Shown one piece after another: positions 36,807 through 45,819 of a DNA stretch of 64,000 nucleotides. The stretch's first letter is position 1, and every line of letters begins with the position of its first letter. The translations under genes and the position numbers were made by a program. The notes under the pieces were generated by a model. The model searched no databases. It worked only from the letters and a program-made list of their open reading frames with translations, and was not told the DNA's origin. Source of the DNA: a virus; the IMG/VR virus record IMGVR_UViG_3300044858_001474, positions 2,465 to 66,464 of that record. One strand, given 5' to 3'.

Positions 36807-37124
36807 GTGAAGTGGCCTAACTTTTATTTTCCACCTATAAACCTTTGGAGCTACCCTAATATGATAAACGAAGAATCAAATGTAAAACCTGTATGGAAGC
36901 CTAAAGAAGTTCCAGCTGACCCTATTAATAACCCAAGTCATTATACGCATGGTGGGATTGAAGTGCTAGATTACCTAGAAGCTAAAGGGTTGGATAAGGA
37001 TTTTCACTTAGCTAATGTAATTAAGTATGTGTCTCGTGCAGGATACAAGATCAATAAGCTAGAAGATTTAAAGAAAGCTAGATTCTACTTAGACCGCAGG
37101 ATTAAACTTTTGGAGATTGAATGA
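36807..37124 (+). CDS. DUF3310 family protein
   Basis: DPINNPSHYTHGGIE..NVIKYVSRAG.K..EDLKKARFYL; start may be MINEE. Confidence 0.85.
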   Translation: MKWPNFYFPPINLWSYPNMINEESNVKPVWKPKEVPADPINNPSHYTHGGIEVLDYLEAKGLDKDFHLANVIKYVSRAGYKINKLEDLKKARFYLDRRIKLLEIE

Positions 37125-37267
37125 CTCGACTATTAAGAAAGTGGTTTTGCCCGCCACACAGGTGTACAAAGTTTAGGCAGTATTACGGTTTGAACTTAAA
37201 GATATGTGATGAGTGCAAAAAAGAAAGCCCTTTGTGGGAAGCGAACATAATAAAACATCAGAGGTAG
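37121..37267 (+). CDS. Small Cys/His protein (48 aa), not in ORF track
   Basis: MTRLLRKWFCPPHRC...ICDECKK..*; ATGA overlap. Confidence 0.5.
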   Translation: MTRLLRKWFCPPHRCTKFRQYYGLNLKICDECKKESPLWEANIIKHQR

Positions 37268-37269
37268 CT

Positions 37270-37464
37270 ATGATAAACGGTTTAGGGCATGACGATAGTG
37301 GTGAGAATGAGTGTGATGTATGTAGCACAGATTTTACTGATGATGAAGGTGGGATTACAGGATACTTTGGTATCTTGCCAGTAGCGTTTTGTCCTGACTG
37401 CTTGAGTAGCATGTGCGACATGGTTAGTCAGCTTATGGGTTGGGGTGAGGAAGAGGACGAATGA
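37270..37464 (+). CDS. Small Zn-finger protein
   Basis: CDVC..FCPDC; GAGG RBS at MINGLG. Confidence 0.6.
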   Translation: MINGLGHDDSGENECDVCSTDFTDDEGGITGYFGILPVAFCPDCLSSMCDMVSQLMGWGEEEDE

Positions 37465-37937
37465 ACGAGAATGACATACAAAGATTCTGGGCTAAGGTAG
37501 ATAAAACTAACGAATGCTGGGAATGGGCTGCCTATAAACAAAAGAATGGGTACGGTCAATTTGGTATAGGTAGACACTATATAGTATATGCCCATCGTGT
37601 ATCTGCATATCTAGCTGGTATAACTACATCACTTAAAAGCAAAAGTACTAACGATCAAATATGCCATACTTGTGATAATAGGGGGTGTGTAAATCCAGCG
37701 CATTTGTTTAAAGGTACAGCTAAAGATAATGCGTTAGATAGAGATTTAAAGGGGCGAACAAATAGTGCTAAAGGGGAATATTCAGGTAGAGCTAAATTAT
37801 CTGCACAAGATATAAATAATATTAGAAGTTATTATAGTGAAAAAGAAGCTACACAAAAAGAATTAGCTACACAATACCAAGTGCACCCATCTCATATATC
37901 TAGGATAGTGAATAATAAAAAATGGGCTTGGTTATGA
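37461..37937 (+). CDS. HNH homing endonuclease with C-terminal HTH
   Basis: RFWAKVDK..CWEW..GYG..AHRVS..ICHTCDNRGCVNPAHL. Confidence 0.9.
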   Translation: MNENDIQRFWAKVDKTNECWEWAAYKQKNGYGQFGIGRHYIVYAHRVSAYLAGITTSLKSKSTNDQICHTCDNRGCVNPAHLFKGTAKDNALDRDLKGRTNSAKGEYSGRAKLSAQDINNIRSYYSEKEATQKELATQYQVHPSHISRIVNNKKWAWL

Positions 37938-38626
37938 AAGCCCCTCCATTTAGTTACTCTAGTTTATCGCAGTTTATAACCTGCCCAAAAAATTACGAAG
38001 CACACAAGGTTTTAAAGTACATACCGTTTACTGACACAGATGCCACACTGTACGGTAAGGATGTCCATTTAGCAGCAGAACACTATATAGGATCAGGCAC
38101 CCCGTTGCCTGAGAAGTACAACTATATTAAGGGCTATCTTGATACATTAAATAATATCAAGGGCGATAAGTTCTGTGAGCTTGAACTGGGCATTAAGTTA
38201 GAAGGTGGCGAGTATAGCCTATGTGATTTTGAGGCGAAGGACAGATACTGGCGCGGGATTGCTGACTTAGTAATTGTAGACGAAGCGGCAGGTAAGGCGT
38301 ATATTGTGGATTACAAGACAGGTAAATCTGCCAAGTATGCGGATACCAAGCAACTTGCACTACTAGCGGCGGCTGTATTTTTAAAGTACCCAGCAGTTAA
38401 AACTATTAAAGGAATGCTGTTATTTGTAGTGTCCCAAGAAGTAGTGAAAGCTGAGTACACGTATGACAGGCGCTTTGAGATATTTGATAACCTGAAAGAA
38501 GTTTTAATGCAACGTGAAGTAGCATACGAAACAGGTATCTTTAATACTAAACCTAATGGGCTTTGTCGGCAGTGGTGTCAAGCAGTTAGGTGTGTGCATA
38601 ATGGGAGGTATGATGGCGACAAGTAG
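37934..38626 (+). CDS. PD-(D/E)XK (RecB/Cas4-like) exonuclease
   Basis: SYSSL..CP, GIADL, DYKTG, QL, LCRQWC. Confidence 0.88.
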   Translation: MKAPPFSYSSLSQFITCPKNYEAHKVLKYIPFTDTDATLYGKDVHLAAEHYIGSGTPLPEKYNYIKGYLDTLNNIKGDKFCELELGIKLEGGEYSLCDFEAKDRYWRGIADLVIVDEAAGKAYIVDYKTGKSAKYADTKQLALLAAAVFLKYPAVKTIKGMLLFVVSQEVVKAEYTYDRRFEIFDNLKEVLMQREVAYETGIFNTKPNGLCRQWCQAVRCVHNGRYDGDK

Positions 38627-38772
38627 AAAGGCAGGGAAGTCAATTATGGATGAAATAATGTGGAAATATTATGATAGTCGTACTGATTCGTACGACTACA
38701 AGAGAATGGAAATTGACTTAAAGATTGACCTGATAATGTTAGATGATTTAAAGAAAGCAGAGGAGTTAAAAG

Positions 38773-39054
38773 ATGGCATACAAGAACAAAGCTGATAGAA
38801 ACGTAGCACGTGAAGTAGAGCTGGAGAAGAAGCGCCCCGGAGCTCATGAGGCTAGGATGGAGAGGCAACGTGCAAGACGAGCGGCAGACAAAGCGGGTAT
38901 AGACAGAACGGGTAAGGACATAGATCACATACATGGTACAAAGGCAGGTAATGGGAAAGCTAACTTGAGACTTAGAACACCATCACAGAACCGATCTTTT
39001 ACCCGCAACTCTGACCACACCGTAAAGATCAATGAGCCTAAAAAGAAAAAATGA
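38773..39054 (+). CDS. Small HNH-family protein
   Basis: GKDIDHI..N...NLR...NR. Confidence 0.7.
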   Translation: MAYKNKADRNVAREVELEKKRPGAHEARMERQRARRAADKAGIDRTGKDIDHIHGTKAGNGKANLRLRTPSQNRSFTRNSDHTVKINEPKKKK

Positions 39055-39257
39055 AGATATCTGTAAAATCTGTGCGGGTAATGGCGGCAGATGCTGGTTT
39101 ACCTGATACTTTAATTGATAGGCATTTAGACGCGTTATGTGGAATGGCATTACGCCTTAGAGCAGCAGAACGAAAACTATGCCAGAATAAAATACGTGGG
39201 TGGTATAGTGATCGAAACTTGAACAAGGCGCAGTTATTTGATATACTAGACGACTAA
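39051..39257 (+). CDS. Hypothetical protein
   Basis: ORF track; ATGA overlap. Confidence 0.5.
   Translation: MKISVKSVRVMAADAGLPDTLIDRHLDALCGMALRLRAAERKLCQNKIRGWYSDRNLNKAQLFDILDD
39219..39247 (+). promoter_or_regulatory. sigma70 promoter P5
   Basis: TTGAAC-17-TATACT with extended -10 TG. Confidence 0.7.
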
Positions 39258-39271
39258 ATAGAAGAAACGAG

Positions 39272-39291
39272 TCGCTCCCTTAAGGAGCTGA
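39272..39291 (+). promoter_or_regulatory. Promoter-proximal CUYAA hairpin, copy 4
   Basis: TC-GCTCC-CTTAA-GGAGC-T-GA. Confidence 0.7.
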
Positions 39292-39303
39292 ATGAGGTAT
39301 GCA

Positions 39304-40848
39304 ATGCAAATAGATGTAATAAACGACAAGATATTGTCGATAAAAACGGACGACCCTGACAGTATTCTGTCGGTAATAGAAAGAAGTAAGCAGGTAGCTG
39401 AGGATGAAGTCTGGGTGAATTTTGGTTTGGGTGAAACATATATCCTAAACAACCTGAAGATACCAAACGTGCCATCACCTATCCGAACTCAATATAAATG
39501 GACAGGCATGTACAAACCGTTTGAGCATCAACGGGTAACAGCAGAGTTCTTAACTCTGAACAAAAAGGCTTTCTGTTTATCTGAGATGGGCACAGGTAAA
39601 ACTAACTCTGTAATATGGGCGGCAGACTATCTAATGAATCTAGGCGTGGTAAGACGTATGCTAGTAATCTGCCCACTATCTATTATGGACGCCGCATGGC
39701 GTAGGGATTTATTTAGAACAACTATGCACAGGTCTGTAGAGATAGCACATGGGAGTCGTGAGAAGCGAGCCGCGATTATAAGCGGTAGTGCTGAGATAGT
39801 CATCATTAACTACGATGGTGTAGAGATAGTAGAGAAAGAGATAGATGCAGGGGGGTTTGATCTGATTGTAGTAGATGAGGCAACACACCTTAAGAACGTA
39901 GCTACTAAGAGATGGAAGACACTGAATAAATTAATTAAGGATGATACATGGTTGTGGTTGCTGACAGGTACACCTGCGGCACAGTCTCCAGTAGATGCGT
40001 ATGGGTTGGCTAAGATAATGAACCCTAAAAGTGTACCTAGAGCGTTTAATGCTTTTAGAGACTTAGTACAGATACGCCAGTCTATGTTTGTATTTAAGAA
40101 CCGACCTGAAGCTGAAGAGATAGTACATAGCATCCTACAACCTGCTATACGTTACACAAAGGAAGAGTGCTTAGACTTACCAGAGTTAGTGTATCAGACT
40201 AGAGATGTACCGTTATCTGCACAGCAGGAGAAGTATTATAAGTTGCTCAAGAAAGAGATGCTTATGATGGCAGGGGGTGAGGAAATATCAGCGGCGAACG
40301 CAGCGGTGGCTTTGAATAAGTTACTGCAGTTATCAGCAGGGGCTGTGTATTCAGATACAGGAGAGATAATAGAGTTTGATGTTAAGCACCGATCCAATGA
40401 GCTACTAAGTATTATAGACGAGACACCACATAAGGTAATCGTGTTCGTTATGTTTAGACATACTATCGAGTTAGTTCAGAAAGTATTACAGGATGAGGGG
40501 CACACTGTAGATATAGTACATGGTGGCATAAGTGTGGGTAAGAGGGCGGAGCTATTCAATCAGTTTCAAACTAGTAAAGACCCCCGCATACTGGTCATCC
40601 AGCCGCAAGCGGCGGCGCATGGTGTTACTTTACATGCGGCTAATACAATTATCTGGTGGGGTATGACCCTATCATTAGAGACTTATATGCAAGCCAACGC
40701 TCGCATACATAGAGCAGGGCAGATTAATAGGTGTACGGTTGTGCATTTAATAGGAAGTCCAGTAGAGAAAAGGGTACTTAATGTACTTGAGAGTAAAGGG
40801 GCTTCGCAAACGAAGTTATTAGATTTATTTAAAGAGGCAATACAATGA
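39304..40848 (+). CDS. SNF2-family DEAD/H helicase
   Basis: EMGTGKT, VDEATH, LTGTP, HGVTL, QANARIHRAGQ. Confidence 0.92.
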   Translation: MQIDVINDKILSIKTDDPDSILSVIERSKQVAEDEVWVNFGLGETYILNNLKIPNVPSPIRTQYKWTGMYKPFEHQRVTAEFLTLNKKAFCLSEMGTGKTNSVIWAADYLMNLGVVRRMLVICPLSIMDAAWRRDLFRTTMHRSVEIAHGSREKRAAIISGSAEIVIINYDGVEIVEKEIDAGGFDLIVVDEATHLKNVATKRWKTLNKLIKDDTWLWLLTGTPAAQSPVDAYGLAKIMNPKSVPRAFNAFRDLVQIRQSMFVFKNRPEAEEIVHSILQPAIRYTKEECLDLPELVYQTRDVPLSAQQEKYYKLLKKEMLMMAGGEEISAANAAVALNKLLQLSAGAVYSDTGEIIEFDVKHRSNELLSIIDETPHKVIVFVMFRHTIELVQKVLQDEGHTVDIVHGGISVGKRAELFNQFQTSKDPRILVIQPQAAAHGVTLHAANTIIWWGMTLSLETYMQANARIHRAGQINRCTVVHLIGSPVEKRVLNVLESKGASQTKLLDLFKEAIQ

Positions 40849-41135
40849 TTAGAGAAGACATTATAACTGAAGAAGAGTTTGAAGAAATAGCTGAAGATGA
40901 TGAGGAAGGGGTGCTTGTCCTTGTAAAAATAGTAGAAGGCGAATTAGGCGTAAGTCTTATGGTGGCGAAGGATGAACCAAACGGAGAATATTTTATGAAT
41001 TTCTTGGATACGATTTATAGAACATCTGCATTTGAAGCGATTGAATTATTAATTAGGACTTGTGAAAAACATGAGAGAGGTGTACTCGCTAAAGAGATAC
41101 GTGCCTTTTTAGAATCCCCCCAAGTTCTACACTAG
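40845..41135 (+). CDS. Acidic hypothetical protein
   Basis: ORF track. Confidence 0.55.
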   Translation: MIREDIITEEEFEEIAEDDEEGVLVLVKIVEGELGVSLMVAKDEPNGEYFMNFLDTIYRTSAFEAIELLIRTCEKHERGVLAKEIRAFLESPQVLH

Positions 41136-41144
41136 GAGAGAGTT

Positions 41145-41432
41145 ATGAAAAATATTATGTTTCTAATGTTATTAGCACCAACAGTATCTATAGCGGCGGC
41201 TCTTATACTAACTCCGGGGCAAGCTATGAAAGCGGTTATACCTACAGCTAATGGGTATGCTATAGCTGACATGGGCGGTGAAGGGGTTACACAAGTTATG
41301 GATGTAGGTGGCATGACAGCTATCGTAGGACCAAACGCACCAACTACACTCATAATTCCAGATGCTGGTGTTGCAACACCTGAGATGCTTATCCCATTGC
41401 CGGGGACTGATGTAGGCTTACCTGTAGAATAG
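41145..41432 (+). CDS. Exported/periplasmic small protein
   Basis: Signal peptide MKNIMFLMLLAPTVSIAA; AGGAG RBS. Confidence 0.6.
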   Translation: MKNIMFLMLLAPTVSIAAALILTPGQAMKAVIPTANGYAIADMGGEGVTQVMDVGGMTAIVGPNAPTTLIIPDAGVATPEMLIPLPGTDVGLPVE

Positions 41433-41441
41433 GAGACAGAA

Positions 41442-41825
41442 ATGAACGCAGAACAACTAGTAACAATATACATAAAAATGCGCGATGCACGAGTAAAGCT
41501 CCAAAGAGAGTTTGATGAAGCAGATGGAAGAATAAAGGAGCAACAAGAGCAAGTTACACAGGCTTTACTAGAGATGTGTAAAGAGACTGGAGCTGAAGGA
41601 TTACGAACACCTGCAGGTAGTGTGTTTAAAACCATTAAAACTAGGTATTGGACATCGGATTGGGGCAGTATGAAACAGTTTATTAAAGATCACGATGCAT
41701 TAGATTTAATGGAGCAACGAGTACACCAAACCAATATGAAACACTTTTTAGAAGAAAACCCAAACCTCATGCCTCCCGGTATGAACGTAGATAGCCGTTA
41801 TAGCATTACTGTAAGGAGAAAATAA
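41442..41825 (+). CDS. Conserved replication-module protein
   Basis: YIKMRD..T..G..DW..PPG pattern. Confidence 0.7.
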   Translation: MNAEQLVTIYIKMRDARVKLQREFDEADGRIKEQQEQVTQALLEMCKETGAEGLRTPAGSVFKTIKTRYWTSDWGSMKQFIKDHDALDLMEQRVHQTNMKHFLEENPNLMPPGMNVDSRYSITVRRK

Positions 41826-41826
41826 A

Positions 41827-42036
41827 ATGGTTGATGAAGAAACCGATCAAGTTTACTTGACGGGAAAAGAAGTTAGTAAGATACTAGGCGTCTCTCGAGA
41901 TACCTTATACCGATTAAGAAAATCAGGAGCCCTTGATACATACCGCAAGGGAGGGAGAAATGTGCTCTATAACGCAGCTGATGTTAAAGAACTCTTAACC
42001 AAAAGAAATACAATAACCAAACAACCAACCAACTAA
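41827..42036 (+). CDS. Excisionase/MerR-like HTH protein
   Basis: YLTGKEVSKILGVSRDTLYRLRKSG. Confidence 0.8.
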   Translation: MVDEETDQVYLTGKEVSKILGVSRDTLYRLRKSGALDTYRKGGRNVLYNAADVKELLTKRNTITKQPTN

Positions 42037-42046
42037 GGAATTATTT

Positions 42047-42922
42047 ATGAGCAACGAATTAAGTATTTTTAAAAACGGCGGTGCAGTACCTGCACACTTC
42101 AGAAACACAGAGTTAAGTGCAACTACTAAAGCTCTTATGGGGGGCACTAGCTCTAGACGTATCTCTATCAAGGGTAATATCTTCCGTATGGTAGTGGGTG
42201 GGCAAGAGATTGCTAAGAATGAAGATCGCGCAATGAACATCATCATTGCGGCGGCGGCTCCTAAAACATCAAGACAGTATTACTCGGCAACGTATCAAGA
42301 GGGTGTAGTTACTGCACCTGTATGCTGGAGTAATGACGGGGAACGCCCTGATAGAAGCAGTGAAGCACCACAGTCTGTGAGCTGTGCAACATGCCCACAG
42401 AACATTCAAGGTTCAGCAAAACAAGGTAATGGCAGAGCTTGCCGATATACGCATAGACTGGCAGTTTTGTTAGAGAATGATGCAGTTAGTGGTGAGTTGT
42501 ATGAACTGTCTTTAGCGGCTACTTCTCTATTCGGTAAAGGTGAGAACAACAAAATGCCTTTATTCCAATATGCTAAATTGCTAGGAGCAAATGGGCTTAA
42601 CATCACAGACGTAGTTACTGAGATGCGCTTTGATACTGACTCTGCTACACCTAAGATGGTATTTAGAGCGGTACGTGCTTTAGATATCCCAGAGCTAGAA
42701 GCTATTAAGAAACATGGGGAATCCCCAGAAGCTAAACTTGCAGTTACTATGTCTTTCCAACCACCTGCGGCGAGGTCTTCAGAGCCTGAAGAACTTACAT
42801 TTGTACAGAAACCCGCACCTGCTCCTACACCTGAAGCGACAGTAGAACCTACTGTTAGGGAAAAGAAACCAGCGGCGGCACCAGCCTCTATGGAATCGGT
42901 ATTAGCTGAATGGGCTGATTAA
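42047..42922 (+). CDS. Putative single-stranded DNA-binding protein
   Basis: RISIKG..P.CWS.DG..CATCP.N..GRAC; C-terminal EWAD; next to the primase. Confidence 0.7.
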   Translation: MSNELSIFKNGGAVPAHFRNTELSATTKALMGGTSSRRISIKGNIFRMVVGGQEIAKNEDRAMNIIIAAAAPKTSRQYYSATYQEGVVTAPVCWSNDGERPDRSSEAPQSVSCATCPQNIQGSAKQGNGRACRYTHRLAVLLENDAVSGELYELSLAATSLFGKGENNKMPLFQYAKLLGANGLNITDVVTEMRFDTDSATPKMVFRAVRALDIPELEAIKKHGESPEAKLAVTMSFQPPAARSSEPEELTFVQKPAPAPTPEATVEPTVREKKPAAAPASMESVLAEWAD

Positions 42923-42941
42923 CCTACTCTCCTGTGCTTAC

Positions 42942-42968
42942 GGGGCGGATAATACCGCCCCTTTTTTT
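42942..42968 (+). terminator. Rho-independent terminator
   Basis: GGGGCGG-ATAATA-CCGCCCC-TTTTTTT. Confidence 0.9.
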
Positions 42969-42990
42969 CCCGTAAATTCAGGTATGTGCC

Positions 42991-45792
42991 ATGAATAGGC
43001 TAGATTTTTTAAACACTGTTTTACCGTCTCAGGGGGTGTACTGTGTAGCTGCTATGCAAAAAGGTAAAGCGTGGCAGGTATTTTTTGACTCCATAGAGGC
43101 TATAGATAAGTGGGCTGAAGAGCAACCACCGCAAGGGAGAGATGCGTATTTTTCTCCTTCAACATATAACAACAACAAAAGTAGAAACACAAAGAACGCT
43201 AAAGAATTTAAAAACTTATTTATTGATTTAGATATAGGTAAGAATACAGATTACCCTACTCAACATGATGGGTTAGTTGCTTTAAAGAATTTTGCAGCGG
43301 CGTTAAAGCTCCCTGCTCCCACTATCGTATCGTCTGGCTATGGGTTGCACATCTACTGGACTTTTACTGAGGCTGTAGGTTATGACACTTGGAAGCCTCT
43401 AGCTAACTCCCTTAAAGAACGTATTATGTCCTCGGAGTTTAGTGTAAAGGATTTAGGGATAACGACAGATGCAGTTAGGATTTTAAGACTCCCCAGCACG
43501 ATTAATTTCAAAGGTGGTCTGGAAGCTGATGTAACACTCTTAAAGCTGAGCCCGCCAAACCCAGTAGAGATGTTTAAGCAGTTACTAAGTACAGGTGATC
43601 TATCTCCTGTAGCTATGATGGAGTTGTCAGGCTCAGGGTCTATATCAGGTAATGGGTTAAATGACACTACAAGAGCATTACTTGGCAATACGGTTTACAA
43701 GTTTTCTCGCATTATGGAGAAGAGTTTAGAGGGTAAAGGTTGTGCACATCTAGCCTACATATTTAATAACCCTGATGACATAACGGAACCTCATTGGAGA
43801 GCTGGACTATCTATTGCTCAATACTGCACTGATAGGGAGACAGCTATACACAACCTGTCTAATAAACATGCTGAATACAATCCTGTTGAAACAGAGATAA
43901 AAGCTACGAAATGTGAAGCTCCACAACTATGCAAGACGTTTAGACCTTTTAATGAGTCTTTATGTGATGGGTGTTCTTTTTGGGGTAAGATACGCACCCC
44001 TATCGTATTAGGGAAAGAGATACTAGAAGCTACACCTACTGAGAATATAGTAACTGCGGTTAGCCCTGACTTGGGTGTAGTAGATATAGAGATACCAGAA
44101 TACCCTTTCCCTTATTTCAGAGGACCGAAAGGTGGCGTATATGTCAAGAAGCCGCTAGACGATATAGAGGAAGGAGAAGATGATAAGAACCTCGTGTATG
44201 AGAACGACTTATATGTAGTGGGTAGACGTACAGATCCTGATGCAGGGGAAGTTATCCACATGAGACTTATTAGACCCCATGATGGGGTTAGTGATTTTAC
44301 AGCACCTCTTGCTACGGTAACAGCAGGGGATAAATGCAGAGATATGTTATCACAGCGTGGTGTCGCCGCAGGTAGCAATCAGATGAGAAATCTAATGAGC
44401 TATTTGGTGATATGGACTAAACATTTACAGAATACATCTAAGGCGGAATTAGTGAGAGTACAATTTGGTTGGAATGATAGTGACAGATCTTTTGTTATAG
44501 GTACACGGGAGCTCACAAAAGACGCTCCTCCTAAGTATAGCCCTCCATCGGCGGCTACTGAAAACATAGTGCACATATACTCTAAGGCAGGGACCTTAGA
44601 CGAGTGGAAAAAGGTAGCGAATTGCTATGCATTGGAAGGTAATGAGGTAAGGGCTTTTGCTTTGTTCCTTAGCTTAGGCGCACCGATGTTTAAGTTTTTC
44701 TCTTTAGGCGGTGCTATTGTGCACTTAACTAATGCATCTTCTGGGGTAGGTAAATCGACTGTTCAAAAGGTAGCTAATAGTGTTTGGGGGCATCCTGATT
44801 TAGCAATGCTGGTGAGAGATGATACAGTGCAGTCTAAGTACCATCGTATGGGTGTAGTGCAGAATATGATTCTGTGTATGGATGAGCTTACTAATTTACA
44901 CCCTACCGAAGTAAGTAACTTGGCATTTGGTGTTACTAATGGGCGTGGTAAAAACAGGCTACAAGCATCAGCTAACTCAGAGCGAGTGAATAACACAACA
45001 TGGTCTCTACCTTGCATCACCTCTGGGAACAACAGTTTGCACGAAGTATTACAGACAGATAAAGCTGACCCAGAAGGCGAGCTGTTGCGTGTGTTGGAGA
45101 TAGAGGTAGTACGTAGTGATAGTATGACTAAGCAAGAGACTGACCAGATATTCTCTAGAGACATGATAAAAAACTACGGACATGCTGGCGAGGTAATGAT
45201 GCAGTATGTACTAGATAACTATGATGACTGCATTAAAGACTTGGAGCTTATACAAATAGAGTTTGATAAGGCGGCAGGGCTTGGACAGCCTGACAGATAC
45301 TACTCAGCATTATGTGCAACAGCTCTATGGGGCGGTAAGGTAGCAAACGATTTAGGGTTAGTAGATATCCCAGTTAAACCTGTGTTTGATCGTATGGTTA
45401 AGCAGTTAAATAGGAAAGCACAGATACCTGCTGAGTCTTCTCTTGAAAGATCGAGTGCGTTCTTAGGTACATTCTTATCTGAGCATATACAGAATCAACT
45501 GGTTATAAATCAAAAAGCACCGACTATAGAGGGTATGATGACACTGCCGATAGAATCACCTCGCGGCGCACTGATCGTTAGGAGGGAGCCTGATGTACAA
45601 CGAGCCTATATTATATCTTCGGTGTTAAAATCATGGTGTGCTAAGAAGCAGATATCGTATAGTTGTATGACAGACGACTTATCTAAAATGGGGATTCTCT
45701 TAGATATATCCAGAGTACGGATGTCAGCAGGTACGCCACAAGACAGCCCTGCAGTATTAGCATTAGTATTAGACGCATCAAAAATCCAGTAA
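42991..45792 (+). CDS. Primase (RepB/AEP-like)-DUF927 helicase fusion
   Basis: DLD, SSGYGLHIYW, RILRLP; SGVGKST Walker A, MDE Walker B. Confidence 0.88.
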   Translation: MNRLDFLNTVLPSQGVYCVAAMQKGKAWQVFFDSIEAIDKWAEEQPPQGRDAYFSPSTYNNNKSRNTKNAKEFKNLFIDLDIGKNTDYPTQHDGLVALKNFAAALKLPAPTIVSSGYGLHIYWTFTEAVGYDTWKPLANSLKERIMSSEFSVKDLGITTDAVRILRLPSTINFKGGLEADVTLLKLSPPNPVEMFKQLLSTGDLSPVAMMELSGSGSISGNGLNDTTRALLGNTVYKFSRIMEKSLEGKGCAHLAYIFNNPDDITEPHWRAGLSIAQYCTDRETAIHNLSNKHAEYNPVETEIKATKCEAPQLCKTFRPFNESLCDGCSFWGKIRTPIVLGKEILEATPTENIVTAVSPDLGVVDIEIPEYPFPYFRGPKGGVYVKKPLDDIEEGEDDKNLVYENDLYVVGRRTDPDAGEVIHMRLIRPHDGVSDFTAPLATVTAGDKCRDMLSQRGVAAGSNQMRNLMSYLVIWTKHLQNTSKAELVRVQFGWNDSDRSFVIGTRELTKDAPPKYSPPSAATENIVHIYSKAGTLDEWKKVANCYALEGNEVRAFALFLSLGAPMFKFFSLGGAIVHLTNASSGVGKSTVQKVANSVWGHPDLAMLVRDDTVQSKYHRMGVVQNMILCMDELTNLHPTEVSNLAFGVTNGRGKNRLQASANSERVNNTTWSLPCITSGNNSLHEVLQTDKADPEGELLRVLEIEVVRSDSMTKQETDQIFSRDMIKNYGHAGEVMMQYVLDNYDDCIKDLELIQIEFDKAAGLGQPDRYYSALCATALWGGKVANDLGLVDIPVKPVFDRMVKQLNRKAQIPAESSLERSSAFLGTFLSEHIQNQLVINQKAPTIEGMMTLPIESPRGALIVRREPDVQRAYIISSVLKSWCAKKQISYSCMTDDLSKMGILLDISRVRMSAGTPQDSPAVLALVLDASKIQ

Positions 45793-45817
45793 AAAAGAGG
45801 GGGCATAACGCCCCCTT
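45791..45817 (-). terminator. Terminator at the convergence of the two arms
   Basis: AGGGGGC-ATAAC-GCCCCCT hairpin with an A6 run, giving a U-tract on the minus strand. Confidence 0.8.
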
Positions 45818-45819
45818 CC

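Noticed and set aside
37121-37212. Apparent gap that might hold a tRNA
   Set aside because: No cloverleaf or TTCGA arm; covered by a 48-aa ORF
37934-38626. Cas4-like nuclease as evidence of CRISPR
   Set aside because: Standard phage PD-(D/E)XK exonuclease in a replication module
41827-42036. Excisionase implying lysogeny
   Set aside because: No integrase or att site in the window; generic HTH
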